64,000 nucleotides of DNA from Botryllus schlosseri (lineage: Eukaryota). Positions 49,452 through 61,259 of this stretch are shown here, in pieces. Each line of letters opens with the position of its first letter. Position 1 is the first letter of the stretch. Both the position numbers and the translations under genes were made by a program. The stretch is taken from contig CM119373.1 in assembly GCA_051294905.1 (NCBI GenBank), positions 2,854,001 to 2,918,000 on the forward strand, read 5' to 3'. The notes under the pieces are model-generated. The model searched no databases, was not told where the DNA came from, and saw only the letters and a list, made by a program, of their open reading frames with translations.

Positions 49452-51515
49452 TCACGATCTTTTCCGGAACTTCATCTCCGAGAATCGCAGGAGGTTGGAG
49501 GAATCACCCCACCAAATTCCCTTGGCGCCTTCTTTGTTGAAGTTTCCGTTCAGATTGCTGACGGCGCAGTTGCGATACCACCAGCCTGCTTCGAATTTAG
49601 AAGCGCAACCATCGTGATCCGCGTCTTTCGTCGAGAATTGCTGATTGTCGTGAAATGAGAGGGCATCGTGGGTTGCATTCCCGGAGTATCCGGATACGTG
49701 CAGTCTGTACTTGTCGGAGTCCGGTCCGATGTGGAAGGATCTGAAAATGAGAACCGCCGAGTGAATGTCAAATGATTCCAAAATGTTAAAATCCTTGCCT
49801 TGTTTTTCGCTCGAATAGATTGTATGCCAGCCTGCATACGTAATATCATAAGCCTATAAGCATTATGTTACGGATCACTGGGGTTCTATCCTAGCAATAC
49901 TTTTATTCGCCAACCATGAAATTGGCAAAAATACCGTGATTTACCGGTTGTATACAGGTATTATTACTAAAACAGTGGCCCCAACGACTATATAAGTAGG
50001 CATATCTCTATGCTCACGTTGAGTTAGTCGCAATCTGGCGTTATAGCCCTGCGTGTGCGTTGTGAGAAATACAAGATTGATGAAATGCACCGAAATGATA
50101 ATGCCAACGACTCATATTCACCTGTATTTAGCATCCCAATAAACCTCTTTTTTCGTGATCATTTTGATTTTCATCTCCATATCCCCTGTCTTGGTCAATT
50201 GATGCAATGCTTCCAGGCCTGGAAGAAAGTAGATTACCAGATCATCATCATCATTGGTTTATTAGCAATTTTATCAGTTCAATACACCACAAAAAATGCG
50301 ATACAATGAATAGACAGGAAGATGTCGAAGCGACTTGGATTTGTCAATGGAATCGGACACCCACCTTGGCCTAGGCGTAGTAAAGAGGAGGCATGCACAC
50401 TGAATGAAAGTAAAGAATACAGTATAGAAAAAGAAAGCGACAAGAAATAGGGCGGCATGTCATGGGAAGCGAGATCGATAGGTCAGTCGTGGTCCGGTAA
50501 TCTTGAGGATGGACTGTATTTATTTAGTAGTAATTGCTTGTATTTCGACTTGAATGTGGACATGCTCGTCGACTGTCGGATGGCCGGCGGGATACTGTTC
50601 CACACATCAGATGATTACAAACTAACATATGTGAACCAGAAGCTCTTGTTGTGCGCGCAGTGACAAGATGGTGAAACAAATACTCAAGTAGTGCTCACTC
50701 TAAACTCGCCCACACTGCCAATTTACTTTACCATAGATCTGTTAGATCACGACCAATGGATATGGCGCCTCTTCGCCCCCCATGTGTGTCTGGGCGCACT
50801 TCATGAGATAATAGAAAAGTTGTATATGAATAGGTCAGTCGTGGTCCGGTAATCTTGAGGATGGACTGTATTTATTTAGTAGTAATTGCTTGTATTTCGA
50901 CTTGAATGTGGACATGCTCGTCGACTGTCGGATGGCCGGCGGGATACTGTTCCACACATCAGATGATTACAAACTAACATATGTGAACCAGAAGCTCTTG
51001 TTGTGCGCGCAGTGACAAGATGGTGAAACAAATACTCAAGTAGTGCTCACTCTAAACTCGCCCACACTGCCAATTTACTTTACCATAGATCTGTTAGATC
51101 ACGACCAATGGATATGGCGCCTCTTCGCCCCCCATGTGTGTCTGGGCGCACTTCATGAGATAATAGAAAAGTTGTATATGAAAAGTCGTACCCAACCAAT
51201 GATCTCCTTGCAAATTGCCGAATCCTTTCACGTAATCATCCCAACCTCTGTAGAAATCAACGTCTCCGTTCATTCTTCGCTGGAAAACCTTTCATGAAAA
51301 TGGAAATAAATCAATTTTTTTCTGCAACAATCGCGCAGTGAACTCACGGTCCAGTTTCCTCCATCGTCAGTTACGTCACAGAATACATTCGTGATTCCGA
51401 CTTCCGGTATGTCTAATTTGAACACACCCCCAGAATCATTACGTGCTAATGCTGATTCCAATTTGGCACCATCACAACTTCTCATTAGAGCTAGAAATAA
51501 TAGAATTCGTTTCAT
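49452..51515 (-). CDS. Fibrinogen-related domain (FReD; ficolin/tachylectin-5/MFAP4-like) protein; exons 51348-51515 (or 51348-51490), 51192-51288, 50122-50218, 49452-49740
   Basis: GT-AG introns join in frame (phases 0, 1, 2) to give 216 aa: ...MRSC...[54 protein letters not shown]...AKYR|SFHIG...[10 protein letters not shown]...[12 protein letters not shown]...[14 protein letters not shown]...SEMKFRKRS*. Confidence 0.93.
50240..51181 (-). mobile_element. CR1/L2-type LINE 3' fragment in FReD intron 2, with a 352-bp tandem duplication
   Basis: Reverse frame [27 protein letters not shown] and a (tga)n tail; 50478-50829 is repeated at 50830-51181. Confidence 0.75.
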
Positions 51516-51876
51516 AATCGTCAATCGACGAATGACGTCAATCATTCCAGCCTTGAAATGTCAGTTTGGCGGCAGTGAACAGCGTGATACTTGTCAAGTT
51601 ATTACTGCTCTGAGCGTAATGCGTACTACCGATCCGTTGATATTTTAATGCTAAACCGCGGAAGAGTGTCGGTGCCCCTCACCGAATCTTGACGTGTTGT
51701 GGTTATGGCGTTGACATCATTTGTTAGTGCATTCATTAATGTATGCATATTAACGAAACTTGGGATATGCTCAACCCATCTATTTTCTATGTCTGCAATA
51801 TCTGTGACTGAATTTACAATCCTGGATGTTCGTTACACCGGTTGGCATTTCAACTGTTCAGCCAAATACTGTATAC

Positions 51877-52849
51877 CAGTGTTGGGATGATTCGAGTCAT
51901 GACTTGACTCGAGTCAGACACGAGTAACCTTTTTCGTATGACTTGACTTGACTCGAGTCACTTTGCTAACATGACTTGACTAGGCTTGACTCGGCGTATC
52001 AGAAATGTGGATTGACTCGTGACTCGGAGCAAAATTCACGAGTCAATTTCAAGTCATCAAGTAATCGGTGTCGATAAAGATCCCTGTATCTTGCATATGG
52101 TCGGACTGTTCGCTAAATGCTGGCGTAACCCGTGAGAGCGACCAATCTTTCAGTGGTCGTGCGCTTTGCTGAACCTCCATTGTTCTCTCACAAATAAATT
52201 GACCGCAAACGAAGTGATCGAAACTTACAGATTACGTTGTCGTAAACTAGTGCAGGAAAGTAGTTTAATAGCAAAATGTCTATTTCTGTTCTCTGTTCTT
52301 TCCTTAATCAAACCTCTTATTTTATTGAAATTGAATTCAATTATAGTTGATAAAGCCTCAACTATTATCGTAGGCTTGAATAGTATCACATCAATTAGTA
52401 AATAGGTAATGTATTGCATCTTATCAATTCGTTTCGCTATTCTCTATTTTGACTGGTAACTATAAACTGAGGCTGTATAATTACTTACGTAGTTTAGCAG
52501 TTCTACATATATGTGAGCGATACAGGGCCTTTTTGCTTGTATATTTGACTCTATATTCGCTCATTGGTTTAGAATCAATGACCACTCAATCTGTATTTCA
52601 GACAGCTAGCAAAATGCAATGACGTAATCATACCTCATACTTCAAAAAGGCAACATGACTTGAATTGTGACTTGACTCGTGACTTGTCTCGACTCGACTT
52701 GACTCGAGTCACCTCCAAAAATCGAGTGACTTGACTTGACTCGAGTCACTTTCGAAAATCGATTGACTTGACTTGACTTGACTCGAGTCAAATGTGCAAT
52801 GACTCGAGATGACTCGTGACTCGAAGGTAGTGACTTGATCCCAACACTG
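51877..52849. mobile_element. hAT-type MITE (GACTT/GACTCGAGTC repeats)
   Basis: TIR cagtgttgggat...atcccaacactg; perfect TSD ctgtatac. Confidence 0.92.
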
Positions 52850-54071
52850 CTGTATACTGTAATAATTTCTGATTAAAATTCGTGATACTAATTTCAATTA
52901 ATCTACGAATTATTTTGGTGCTATATTTAGCCTTTATTTTACGATGGAGAGTTGGAGACTGAAGCCAGATTGCTCAAATATCAGTATAAGTCTGATGGTG
53001 AATTGACAAGAATGCAGTGTTGGCGAAGGCAGCAGTTCATAAAATATCGTCCTCGGTAAGCATTAGTTCAATCTGCAGCGACAATGTCCATGATCCGCCG
53101 ATTATCACTGCTAAAGATATCTGGCTGACAATACATCGCGCGAATATGAGGCGAGTGGAATTACCCGGGTATCAGAGACTACGCCAAACTTAAACTTGGG
53201 GGAATCATTCTTAATTCGGCTCTGAATGAAGTTAGCGTGCCACACGATGAGTGGGCTGCTGACGGTAGCTCCGCGTTGCTTGATCCTATTCTTTCCTCCA
53301 AGGCACAGACTTGTTTGATAAACCAGATTTTGTCTGTATTGCAATTCAAGAGCAGGAATATGAATTTATGAATTTTATATGACTGTCTGTCTGTATTTGA
53401 CCGGTATTTGGTATGTATGCTCGTGGTGGATTTTGGCATAACTACACGATAATGAAAATATATTGTCAAATTGTGATGTCTTAGACACAACATAATTAAG
53501 GGTCAGTATTAGCTCAGTATTTCTGCCAGAAAGCAATAATGATTTAGGCTAATAGCGGTTGCAGGCTGCAGTAGCGAGAAGGACGGACGGCAACAGAAGG
53601 ATTAATGAGTCTGCAGCTCAAGTACGAAAATTGTATCTTTTGCAGCCTCATTTTGGCATTGAATGCGCATGATACGCCGGGCGAACGTTTCCCATTTTAT
53701 TGACTGGGTGTTGGACTGTTGGTGTCTATGTCCCAAACATATAATTTACATTAAATACGAATAATTCCATAGGTGGATAAATACGCGTTCGATTTAGGGA
53801 TCCGACCGGCCAAGTACTTCATTTTTTCAGATCCGGCTCGCTGACCGCAGAAGTTGCCCGCCCCTGGGTTGGTGCAAGATTCGGTATCATTGTGTGAATG
53901 GTACGACGCAAATATGACATTAAAAATCGAAATATAATGAGGATTAGGCCTATTGCCATTGTTGACACTTGGAAGTTTCAGCACAGATTAAACTCATTAT
54001 GAGTTCAAGAAATATCATTTCTGTCAGGCGGCTTCGCGTCTCCCCTCGAGAAGTAGCAACGATGTACTTAC

Positions 54072-54191
54072 CAGAGCAGTTTTTACCATAATATCCATCG
54101 GTGCAATTGCACGAATAGTACGGATGAGTGACATTACTAAGACATGTTCCGTTATGTTGACAGACATTCGGATGGTGGTCGCAGTAATTTT
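54072..54191 (-). CDS. Locus B EGF-like exon B5
   Basis: 120 nt, AG/GTAAGT, phase 1-1; NYCDHHPNVCQHNGTCLSNVTHPYYSCNCTDGYYGKNCS. Confidence 0.88.
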
Positions 54192-54307
54192 CTAGATGGA
54201 AATTATGCGATGTGTCAAACCTACTGAATTTATACACAGCCAACTGTTGCGGCAGTGAGCGAATCGTATTCTGGCCATAGCACAGGAATTAGAAACGATA
54301 TACTTAC

Positions 54308-54331
54308 CACTGCGGTTTTATCCATAATATC
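54308..54331 (-). pseudogene. Locus B EGF exon remnant B4 (3' end only)
   Basis: TAT TAT GGA TAA AAC CGC AGT G|GTAAGT followed by the family intron. Confidence 0.7.
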
Positions 54332-54848
54332 TGTTTACGATTGTCAAATCATTGTTTTCCCTTATTTTCGTTGCGCAATTTAATCGTTGTAGCAATGTAA
54401 TTATTAGTCATATTCTTTATCGCGTCGTTTCACGTGGGGTATATAAAGCTTCTATCGTAACATATTAAGTTGGATATTTTTGATGACGCTTAATTAAATA
54501 TTCCATCTCAGATGACCATTTCAATGATATGAGTCCTAAAGTTTTAGCTAGCATGAAGCGAAATAAGCTCATGCTTTTCCAATTTGAAAAATAAAATAAA
54601 AATTAGGTTGTTACTCATTTTACAAATCCAGAGGCTTCGCGGACCCCCTGAAATTGCTTCACGGACCACCAGCGGTCCCGGGACCCCCGGTTGAGAACCA
54701 CTGCATTAGGGTGATGTTTACAGTAATTTTCGGTACGTAAATGAAATGATACGTCAAAACTACTGAATTTAGAAACATCCAGGTGTTATGGCAGCAATCG
54801 AGTCTTTTCCTGGGCATAGCTCAAAAATTATAGAAGTGATATACTCAC

Positions 54849-54968
54849 GGCTGCAGTTTTTTCCATAATATCCGTCGGTGCAATTACACGTATGGTACGG
54901 ATGAGTGTTATTATTCCGACACGTTCCGTTATGTAGACAGGTATTCGGGTGGTGTTCACTGTAATTTT
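54849..54968 (-). CDS. Locus B EGF-like exon B3 (1st Cys replaced by Ser)
   Basis: 120 nt, AG/GTGAGT; NYSEHHPNTCLHNGTCRNNNTHPYHTCNCTDGYYGKNCS. Confidence 0.8.
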
Positions 54969-55561
54969 CTATATAGAATCCAAGCGATGCGTCAAACCTA
55001 CTGAATTTAGCCACGAGCAAGCGTATTGACAGTGAGTGAATGCTTTCGCGGGCGCGGCTCAGTAATTAGAATCATCGCTGGGAAAATGATTCGGGTACTG
55101 AAAGCTGGAAAAGGATTATTAATTCTAATAGTCGAGTCAAGTAGTGCGGGATGACTTTTTCCATGTACTGGTATATATACCCTGTTACCACTAAAAGTAA
55201 TTTCATCAACGAGAATTATAGTTTCCATACTATTTCCCACTTTGGAAGCCTTGAAACCGCGATTGCTCGTATCGCAGGGTAAGATCGAAACATGAAGTGC
55301 CAAGCTGCGCAGAGTGCGCACCCTAAGAGGAAATGTCATATCTATGAAGTCGCGATCAACCCACAGCAACATCCCAAAGTGCAATGAAATGGGGATGATT
55401 GTAGAAATCTCATTGTATTCTTTGTGGTCACAAAAAGTTACATATTTAAACTTTCCACATCGTTCATACTGTTTTGACGTGCTAATGAGGGATACTGAAA
55501 TGCTAGACTCGACTCGAGGCAAATTACTCGAATCAGATTCGTCCCTATTCGTTTCCGCAAG

Positions 55562-55664
55562 ATCCATCGGTGTGATTACACGTATGGTACGGTTAAGTGT
55601 TATTATTCAGACATGTTCCGTTATGCTGAGAAGCATTCATTCGTGAGGTGTTCACAATATTTCT
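55562..55664 (-). pseudogene. Locus B dead EGF exon B2
   Basis: 4-bp duplication (GAAT), TAA stop, Cys losses; 3' end replaced by unrelated ~490-bp sequence. Confidence 0.82.
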
Positions 55665-55786
55665 CTGCATGGAAAAGAAGCGATAACTGGGTCGAACCTA
55701 CTCACGTTATAGACACAACCAAGTACCATGGTAATGAGCTAGTCTTCTTCTGCACATAGCTCAATAATTAGAAGCGATATACTTAC

Positions 55787-55906
55787 GGCTGCAGTTTCTT
55801 CCATAATATCCGTCGGTGCAATTGCACGTATAGAGCGGTTTCGTGTCATTATTCAGACATATTCCGTTATGCTGACAGGGATTCGGGTGATTATTGCAAT
55901 AGTCAT
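55787..55906 (-). CDS. Locus B EGF-like exon B1 (paralog of E1)
   Basis: 120 nt, AG/GTAAGT; DYCNNHPNPCQHNGICLNNDTKPLYTCNCTDGYYGRNCS. Confidence 0.9.
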
Positions 55907-55992
55907 CTGTATTGACAAGCAGAGACATCTTATTAAAGTTCTTGGTATTAGTTAGATGCAGCGAATTTGTTGGGTCCCGGTTACATCATTTC

Positions 55993-56870
55993 TAGGGCAA
56001 TTTTTTTTTACCTAAAAAACGGAAGATTTTGACCTAAAAAATCTAGATTTTGACCTTTTTTGACCTAAAAAAACTGAAATTTGACCAAATTTTGACCTCA
56101 CGTATGCAAATTAGGTGTTTTCGCATATAATGTTAAAATTGTACTACTTATCTTCATTTCTGGTTGGAACTATCTGTCCTTACAAAGTAGATTGGCCTGA
56201 AAAAACGTTTTTGGCTCAGAAACTGACAGATTTTTACAAGAAAAACTAGTATTTTAGCGAAATCTGGCCCTATGAAGAATTCCAGTAGTTACATTACGTA
56301 TTCTGGTGGAAATAATTAAAATTTGTTGTTGTACAACGAAAGATCCTTTCCTACATTTTCGGGTAGAGAGTGTCTGTCCTTACTACGTAGCTTGCCAAGA
56401 ACGGAGAAAGAACGTTCAACAGCAGCATTTGTTGGCTGACAACACTCAAGTTGTGTGCACACTGCTGGTGACAAACCGTGTTGCTTCATTCTGACAATGT
56501 TGTCTATATCACAATTGGTCAGCTTGCGCTTCTTGATATAAGAACCATGCAATGTCCAAGCAGTCTTGCTTCAGCTAGGATATTGCGGTACGTTGACCAT
56601 AAAACCATGTCGCTATTTGTTTCATTTGACCATTTATGATTCACAATGAGCAGACGATGGTCCGTTTACAACGGTAGGCCTATAAAGTAGGCTACAAGCT
56701 GTAAAATATCAAATGATAAGTTCACCGACAGCGCAAAATCTACGATACAAATGAAATGCTGAGGTCAAAAAATGTTTGACTTTGTAAACAATTTTGACAA
56801 ATTTTGACCTAACGCTACAATTTTGACCTAATTTTGACTTTTTTTGACATGTCAAAAAAAAATTGCCCTA
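55993..56870 (-). mobile_element. Internally deleted hAT element retaining the transposase C-terminus
   Basis: TIR tagggcaattttttt...aaaaaaattgcccta; perfect TSD atcatttc; QPTNAAVERSFSVLGKL motif; empty site at about 20154 in locus A. Confidence 0.92.
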
Positions 56871-58510
56871 ATCATTTCTTATCGACAATGATAAGCGTAA
56901 CAAGAACTATCCCCGGTAATCTTACGGATACAGATCACTGGTTCACTTGCATGTAAACTCGAATAGTACTGTTACTTGTTATTTTTCAAAATTGTGCCTC
57001 CAACGATTCGGGACGTGCCCATTTTTAATGCTGTACCTCTTGCGGGATAGGTTTATGATTTAGCTTAGTCTGATGCTCTGCTCTTTTGAGCCACGGCAAG
57101 ACACTACAATATGTATATGTTATCTATTCATATGAATATTTCTGACAAGTGTATTCAATAACAAAAGAATAATTCACGCCTCGTGCGATGTTCCTGTTGC
57201 TTTTTGCAATTGGTAATGATAGAGCGGTATCGAAAGCATATACTTATCGCGCGTTTACTCTTGGCCCAAAATATTGATAGCGATGACAATAAGTCACGAT
57301 TTCATAGTAACGTGGCTAAATCTATTGACGTCACAATGTCACTGTCAAATTTTAGGGGATATTTCACTAGCGACGCCCTTTTATATCACTCATACGTAAT
57401 ACGCACTCCCCTGCCTCAATCTACCAGTCCCAATTTGCATGAGCCCGCATTTACTGGATACTCTGTTTCATTGCACATTAGATATGGGCATATGGCTCTG
57501 GTAAAACCTGTTCACTGTTATGTTAGTTGCCATCTACTGTGTGATTGAATTCCCTCACGTTGCCGGTAAACGTGGATTTGAATTCTTTCACGAGCGTGTT
57601 TACTTGTTTACGTTACTTCGCAGCGATGTCACGCGTTCTATATTTCAAATGCAGACAATAACATTTACCGACGTTCGATCATGATCAGATTCATCCAAAA
57701 AGCCTGAGGAATACTAAAGATAGTTTAATTTTATTTAACATAGTCTTAACATAAATATATGGTGTCATTGTAAATATCTTCTTATCATTTCTATATTTAT
57801 GAATACTTATGAACGTACCTTTTCTAATATAATTAGGCTAGGCAAAATCGAGTACATCAGTGATTCGATTCAGAATCACGTATTATGCGTCGAGTCGAGT
57901 ATTCGAGTGTCACACACTATGACGCCATAACAGAATGTAATATGTCAAAGTTCAAATATGTAGCTTGTATGCCACAGCAAAGAATATAATGCCTGTTATC
58001 CACCACATTAAAGATGCTTTGATATTTTTTCGACCATATACCGATTTCATTACACTTCGTGACAAGGTTATGGGATGATTATGACTTCGAAAATGTGTTA
58101 TTTCACGTAAGCTTTGTAGCTTTGTACTATGTTTCGTATGCTTTAATGCAGCCAATTATTGTTTTAAGCCATCTAAATTGGAAACTAGCATCAAAACTAT
58201 AATTCTCGTTGATAAATTAACTTTCAGTAGCGAGGAGCTTGTAATTTCAGTACTCGAAAATATCGTATTTTACTACTCGACTCGAATCATTAAAATTAAT
58301 TCTCGATTCAGATTCGAGTAGGCCTACTCGAATCATGGTGCCCAGCCCTAAGTATAATAAGACAAATTATACTGAATGACCCACTGTTCATCAACTTCAA
58401 AATTTGCCAATAGCTCTGTGGCCCACAATCAAGTGATTGCCTCTCGGTTAGTTTAAGCCTTGGTTGTTTTAAGCCTTGGTTGGTTGGTTGGTTGGTTGGT
58501 TGGTTGGTTG

Positions 58511-59447
58511 CAGTGTTGGGATCAAGTCACTACCTTCGAGTCACGAGTCATTTTGAGTCGTTGCACATTTTGACTCGAGTCAAGTCAAGTCAATCGATTT
58601 TCGAAGGTGACTCGAGTCAAGTCAAGTCACTCGAATTTTGGAGGTGATTCAAGTCAAGTCGAGTCAAGTCAAGTCAAGTCACGAGTCCAGTCACAATTCA
58701 AGTCAAGTTTCCTTTTTGGAGGCATGCTTACGTCATTGCATTTTGCTAGCTGACTGAAATACAGATTGAGGGGTTGTTGATTCTGGACCTATGAACGAAT
58801 ATAGAGTTAAATATAAACGCAAGAAGGGGCTTTATTACTCACATATACGTAGAAATGCTTAACTACGTACGTATAATTGCATAGCCTCTGATTATAGTTA
58901 CCAGCCAAATAGAGTATAGAGAAACGAGTTGATAAGATGCAATACATTACCCATTTACAAATTGATATGATACAATTCCAGCCTGCGCCGATGGTTGAGG
59001 GCTATATAAATTATATTGGAATTCAATTTCAATAAAACAGGAGGTTTGCTTAAGTTAAGAACAGAGAACAGAAATATACATTTTGCTATTAAATTACTTT
59101 ACTATACACTTTACGACAACGTAGCTGTAAGCTTCGATTACTTCGTCTGCGATCAATTTATATCTGAGCGAACAATGGAAGCTCAGTAAAACGCACGATC
59201 ATTGAATGATTGGTCGCTCTCATGTGTTACACCATCCTTTCGCGTACAATCCGGACGTATGCAAGATACAATGATTTATATCCACATCGATTGTTTGATG
59301 ACTCGAAATTGACTCGTGAATTTTGCTCCGAGTCCGCGTCCACATTTCTAATACGCCGAGTCAAGTCAAGTCAAGTCATTTTAGCAAAGCGACTCGAGTC
59401 AAGTCAAGTCATACGAAAAAGTCATGACTCGAGTCATTCCAACACTG
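58511..59447. mobile_element. Second copy of the 51877-52849 MITE, opposite orientation, inserted in a (GGTT)n microsatellite
   Basis: TIR cagtgttgg...ccaacactg; reverse-complement similarity throughout; flanked by gttggttg. Confidence 0.9.
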
Positions 59448-59522
59448 GTTGGTTGGTTGGTTGGTTGGTTGGCTGGTTGGTCCTGGTTGGCTGTATCCGT
59501 ACTATTAGTATATTATTCTTAC

Positions 59523-59621
59523 CTGAGAAGTCATTGGTGTAATATATGGTGGTTTCAATTTTACAACCGCCCTCAACACAGTTCGAAAATAATTTTTGGA
59601 GTTTCGCCATGTTACTCGAAC
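59523..59621 (-). CDS. Candidate phase 1-1 internal exon upstream of locus B/FReD
   Basis: tttactttcgcAG acceptor, AG|GTAAGA donor, 99 nt open: SSNMAKLQKLFSNCVEGGCKIETTIYYTNDFS. Confidence 0.5.
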
Positions 59622-61259
59622 CTGCGAAAGTAAATCATTTCATCATGTGGAATCATGCGATATCGCAATGAGTCTCATGAAGTGTCACGTTCGCATGTTT
59701 GGTATTATAGTAAAACGTTTATAGTGCGATTATCGTCATTGTTATTGTTATAGCACAGCGAGGTGGAAAAGTAATGGACATTTATATAAAGAAAGAAGAT
59801 TATATTAATTTATCTGAAGAGATCTAATAGGCTATCAATTATAACGACTTATAAAACATGTTATTGTAATATTTTTTCATGTTAGAGCATATATAAGCCT
59901 ACATCTGATGCGAGGTACATTAACTCATTCTCATTTCGTACAAATTTGATGACGAGGATAGAATCAACCATTTGGAACTCAGCGAACATGTCGTACTGAA
60001 ATATAAAAGAATGAAATTAGGTAATATTTAAGCCTTCAGTCTACATGATACATACATATACAACATCACGTTACACGCATACGAAATATAGAGGCATATA
60101 ACAGTACGGGCCTTATTATTAAAACCATCCACTATTCAGCCTGCTATTGAATTGTATTCATCCCCCCTAATTTAGCGGGGGGTCAATTTCGAACTGGTCT
60201 GATGTCGATTTCCATTGATTATTGGCTATGATTCGAAATGAAATTGAAAAAAAGTGTTATCGAAATCAGTGATTCTTAATTTTGCTTTGATTGCTATCTT
60301 ACATCAACCTCTTGATTCAAGTTTTAAATAAAACTTAATTTTTATTAATCTAGTAAGAGATGCTCTCAAAACGACACTCACTTGAGAATTAGGTCTCTAA
60401 ATTACAGTATCTATCTGCTGATCAGTTCATATCTTCATCGTGGTCGCAGATTTCAGTGGCACGATTGAAATATCATAACTCGCTTACATCGAACTTACAT
60501 CAGTAGAAAAGTTTTTCAATCATGCTGAAACGGAGACCATGAAAATGCTGACCCGAAATCGAAGACAATTGATGGGTCACATAAGGTCAATATGAAGGGA
60601 TTCTGAAATTGTGGTGAGCTTGAACCGAAAAAAATTCTCCACGAAAAATCAAAACTTCAGGAATTGATTATATCCAAGCTATATAATAGTTGACGGGCCA
60701 ATATATGGCATTATCCTAATATTTTCATGAGTCATGACATACCGTCATTGTCAGTGCGCCTGCCTTTTCGGGTGCGCAATGGTGATCCCCTGAAAACAAG
60801 TGAGTAATCTTTAAATGAGTATCTTAGGGAATTACTCTATTCAACTCGGTTTATCTTTACGGTACTGCTAGATGTAGACACTATACTATAGGTTGGAGAT
60901 AATTGACCCCACTATTCGAGTTTCGAGTGTTTGTAGTTTTGGAATAATCCATGCCTGTAAACTCAACCTAAAAATGACGCGAACGCGGTTCATAGTTATC
61001 ATATATTTAGACAAGTGGTTCTTTACCTTTAATAACTTGGCGAACACTGCGATCCTTCGGCGAACCCCATACATTCGTCTATTCACAAAACTCTATCGCA
61101 TTACACATCTAATATATTACCATTTACTAGAGCACAAAATTGACTGCGCATCCACAGCAGTGTTAATAGTACAAAGCAATTCAAACGTGGTTGTCACGCA
61201 AATCAACGTGACTTCCGCAGTATGAGTCTGGTGTGTGCCTTCACCTCTAGCGTACTGCT

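Noticed and set aside
51683..51876. Possible coiled-coil exon upstream of the FReD (phase-0 GTGAGG donor to the AG near 51552)
   Set aside because: The frame contains a TAA and abuts a MITE insertion; not supportable without transcripts, though it remains an alternative to the EGF-FReD junction.
51877..59447. Inverted MITE pair flanking EGF array B as a composite transposon or inversion boundary
   Set aside because: Each copy has its own matching TSD (ctgtatac; gttggttg), indicating independent insertions with no joint mobilisation or inversion.
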